A stretch of DNA of 64,000 nt from Takakia lepidozioides (Eukaryota; Plantae; Bryophyta). Positions within the stretch are counted from its first letter, which is position 1. The number at the start of each line of letters is the position of its first letter. This document shows, one piece after another, positions 61,770 to 64,000 of this stretch. A program made the position numbers and the translations under genes. The notes beneath the pieces were generated by a model. That model had not been told where the DNA came from, searched no databases, and saw nothing but the letters and a program-made list of their open reading frames with translations. The DNA is taken from assembly GCA_030704615.1 (NCBI GenBank), contig CM060734.1:45446001-45510000 (forward strand), in the 5' to 3' direction.

Positions 61770-62620
61770 GATGTGCCATGAAAAAAATTAATTCCCTGCA
61801 TACTATAATTTTTTATCCATCATATGTACATACACAATTTTTTTTAATTTATTTACAATTATTACAGTCTCAACTAAAATTTAAAGACAAAGATGCAAGG
61901 GTGTTGGTTTTTTTTCTTCACAATAAGAAGTAGACCGTCCCTATTCTCAAAAAATAAAATAGAAGGAGAGACTTGAAACCAGTTTGACTACCATGAACAT
62001 ACATAAAAGAAATGCGATTGTTGCGTCGGAGTTATTAAATGAACATTGTCACGCTGCCCTCGGAACATGTTTTCATCCAACAACTCTCATCTTGATTTTT
62101 CAAACAGATCGTTATTTTTCATCCATGGCTTAACTTCTGTGGATGAACTTGGATGAATTGTAAAAAGCGTAGGTGTCTACACAGGCGCCAACAACAGTAA
62201 GAAAAAATAAATTATTTCCTTGCATGGTATAATCTTTTGTCTATGCTCAGATGTACATAAGGCAACTACACTCAACTAACGTTTATTTATTCAACAACTC
62301 TCATCCTTATTTTTCAAATGGGTCGTGTTATTTTTCATTCATTATGTAACTTCCATGGATGAACTTGGATGAAAGTGATGTCTGAATGAAAAACATAGAC
62401 GCCATTCTACTCTACATGTTCCAAGAAACAATGCACAAAAAAAAATAACTCCCTGCACACCATTATTTTTTATCCTCGCTCAGATGTACATAACCAACTA
62501 CAATCCCAACTAAAATTCAGAGACAAAGATATAAGGGTATTGGTTTTTGTGCTTCACAATAAGAAGTAGAAGGAGGGACTTGAAACGAGTTTGGCTACCA
62601 TGGACTTACAAAAGAGATTG
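61770..62620. repeat. diverged local direct duplications
   Basis: ~61790-62010 resembles ~62445-62615; ~62075-62160 resembles ~62290-62372. Confidence 0.7.
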
Positions 62621-64000
62621 TGATTATTGGATTCAGTCGACCTTGTATATATATATATATATATATAGCCCATGTTAGCCAATCAAATGATGGTAGCCAC
62701 ATTTTACATGGCTATGTTTTCCATGTCTTCATTTTGATTCTAGTACTACTAGATGGTAGATTTGTTGGATTGTAAACTCCGTGGGCTTGAATCCTGCTAC
62801 CATGATGGATTGTAGTATATTCTCTGTTTTTCTTGGGCTTTCTCTTTTTGCTTGGTGCCCCTCCTAGGTTACTTGGAAAGATGTTAGTTTCTCATCTCAC
62901 TGTAATTAAGGTTTCATTTTGTGAAATAAAATACAAATGAAAATAAAATCCTAGTATTAATCCAACTAAGTCGGAGATTAGTTTTACCATAGAGAAGGAA
63001 CGGGCCCTAAGTGTCATGTCGTTTCTTCTTCATTTTTTTTTGTTTCTTCTAAATTTTGTTTTTGGTTTCTTTTCAAAACTGCAAAAATTTTCAATCCACT
63101 TAACAAAAAAAGAAAAAAAAAAGAAAAAAACCCATGTATCTACCTGAGCATTTTTTTTTAATTTTCTTTTCCCAGTAAAAGAGCACGGGCGCCATCAACT
63201 TCCCCGACGCATGTATGCTATGCCAATTCCAACGCCATTTTGCCAGGTTGTTTCTTGGATCGTGACCCACCTCACCCTGCCAACACTAAATTTTTAGCGG
63301 GAGGGACCTACGCCAAGGTCAGGGGGTACGCCATATTTTACATATTTGGCGTACCTCGTCAAACCTCCGCCAAGCGTGCACGTGCACGCCCAAGCACTCG
63401 AAAGCAAGTCTGGTGTGTGCACGTCGCACATTGGTATCAAAGAAGACGCGCTCTTGCTTTCAATTTCAAATGCCGTTGACGACACCTTAATTTCCCCCTC
63501 ACAGAAAAAGAATTGAGTTAGTGCACACACCTATACAGCAGACGTTTCATTGCCTCCTCGCCATTGTACTGATGATCGAAATCTTTAGATCGAAGAATCC
63601 TTCCCTCCTTCTTGAACTCCCGGAAAAATGCATACTTCCAGAGCTCTCTTCTCCATTTACGAACGTAGGACTCAAACTTGATGCTGGGAGATGTCATGGT
63701 GATTTTGTAGTCTAGTAGTGACTTCTCCAATGTTTCAATGGCCCGCTTCTCCAGCTGCAAAAACAACGATGTACCCTCAGTGGTTGAACCCAAAAACCAG
63801 TGAAGTCATTGCGAACAATGTGGAACGTTTGAAAATTCTTACCTGCCTCTAGAAGGTAGCTTTATGCAACCATGTCTCAAATGCACGGTCGCTCATAGGT
63901 GTTACCACTCTTGTCTCAGGGTCCCTATGCGGTTTTGGGAAATTGTTGGTGTCCCGGACGATTGGATCCGAGTTCCAGATTTCGAGCCACCTCACTTTTT

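Overview
Eukaryotic, intron-rich land-plant genomic DNA. A non-seed plant is likely (inference from Tcn1-like chromoviruses and PLS-type PPR fragments). Three host genes are present: (1) the 3' exons of an HhH-GPD DNA glycosylase (+, 757-2559; 5' end not found in the window); (2) a 4-exon GT14/core-2 I-branching glycosyltransferase (GlcAT14-like, -, 3957-6250); (3) a 14-exon membrane protein with Ig-like ectodomain repeats and a multi-pass C-terminus (-, 48059-57911), which appears to need one GC-AG intron. Between them lies a 24-kb transposon nest (11730-35595). It contains two copies of one chromodomain Ty3/gypsy element sharing three LTRs, and each copy is interrupted by a member of the same CACTA family with a 3-bp TSD. 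Both CACTAs are Pack-type. CACTA-1 carries shuffled, intron-containing fragments of OSB-type PDF ssDNA-binding motifs joined to PPR motifs. CACTA-2 carries ribosomal protein eS1/S3a exons (last captured exon triplicated), PPR and FCP1-phosphatase-like fragments, and a transposase split into two oppositely oriented halves. The window also has a pogo-like element, several MITEs (two hAT with 8-bp TSDs), a tRNA-derived SINE with a 15-bp TSD, LINE remnants, and two diverged, mutually inverted arrays of hairpin repeats with compensatory changes. No rRNA, intact tRNA or CRISPR array was found. Exon and element boundaries were read by eye.
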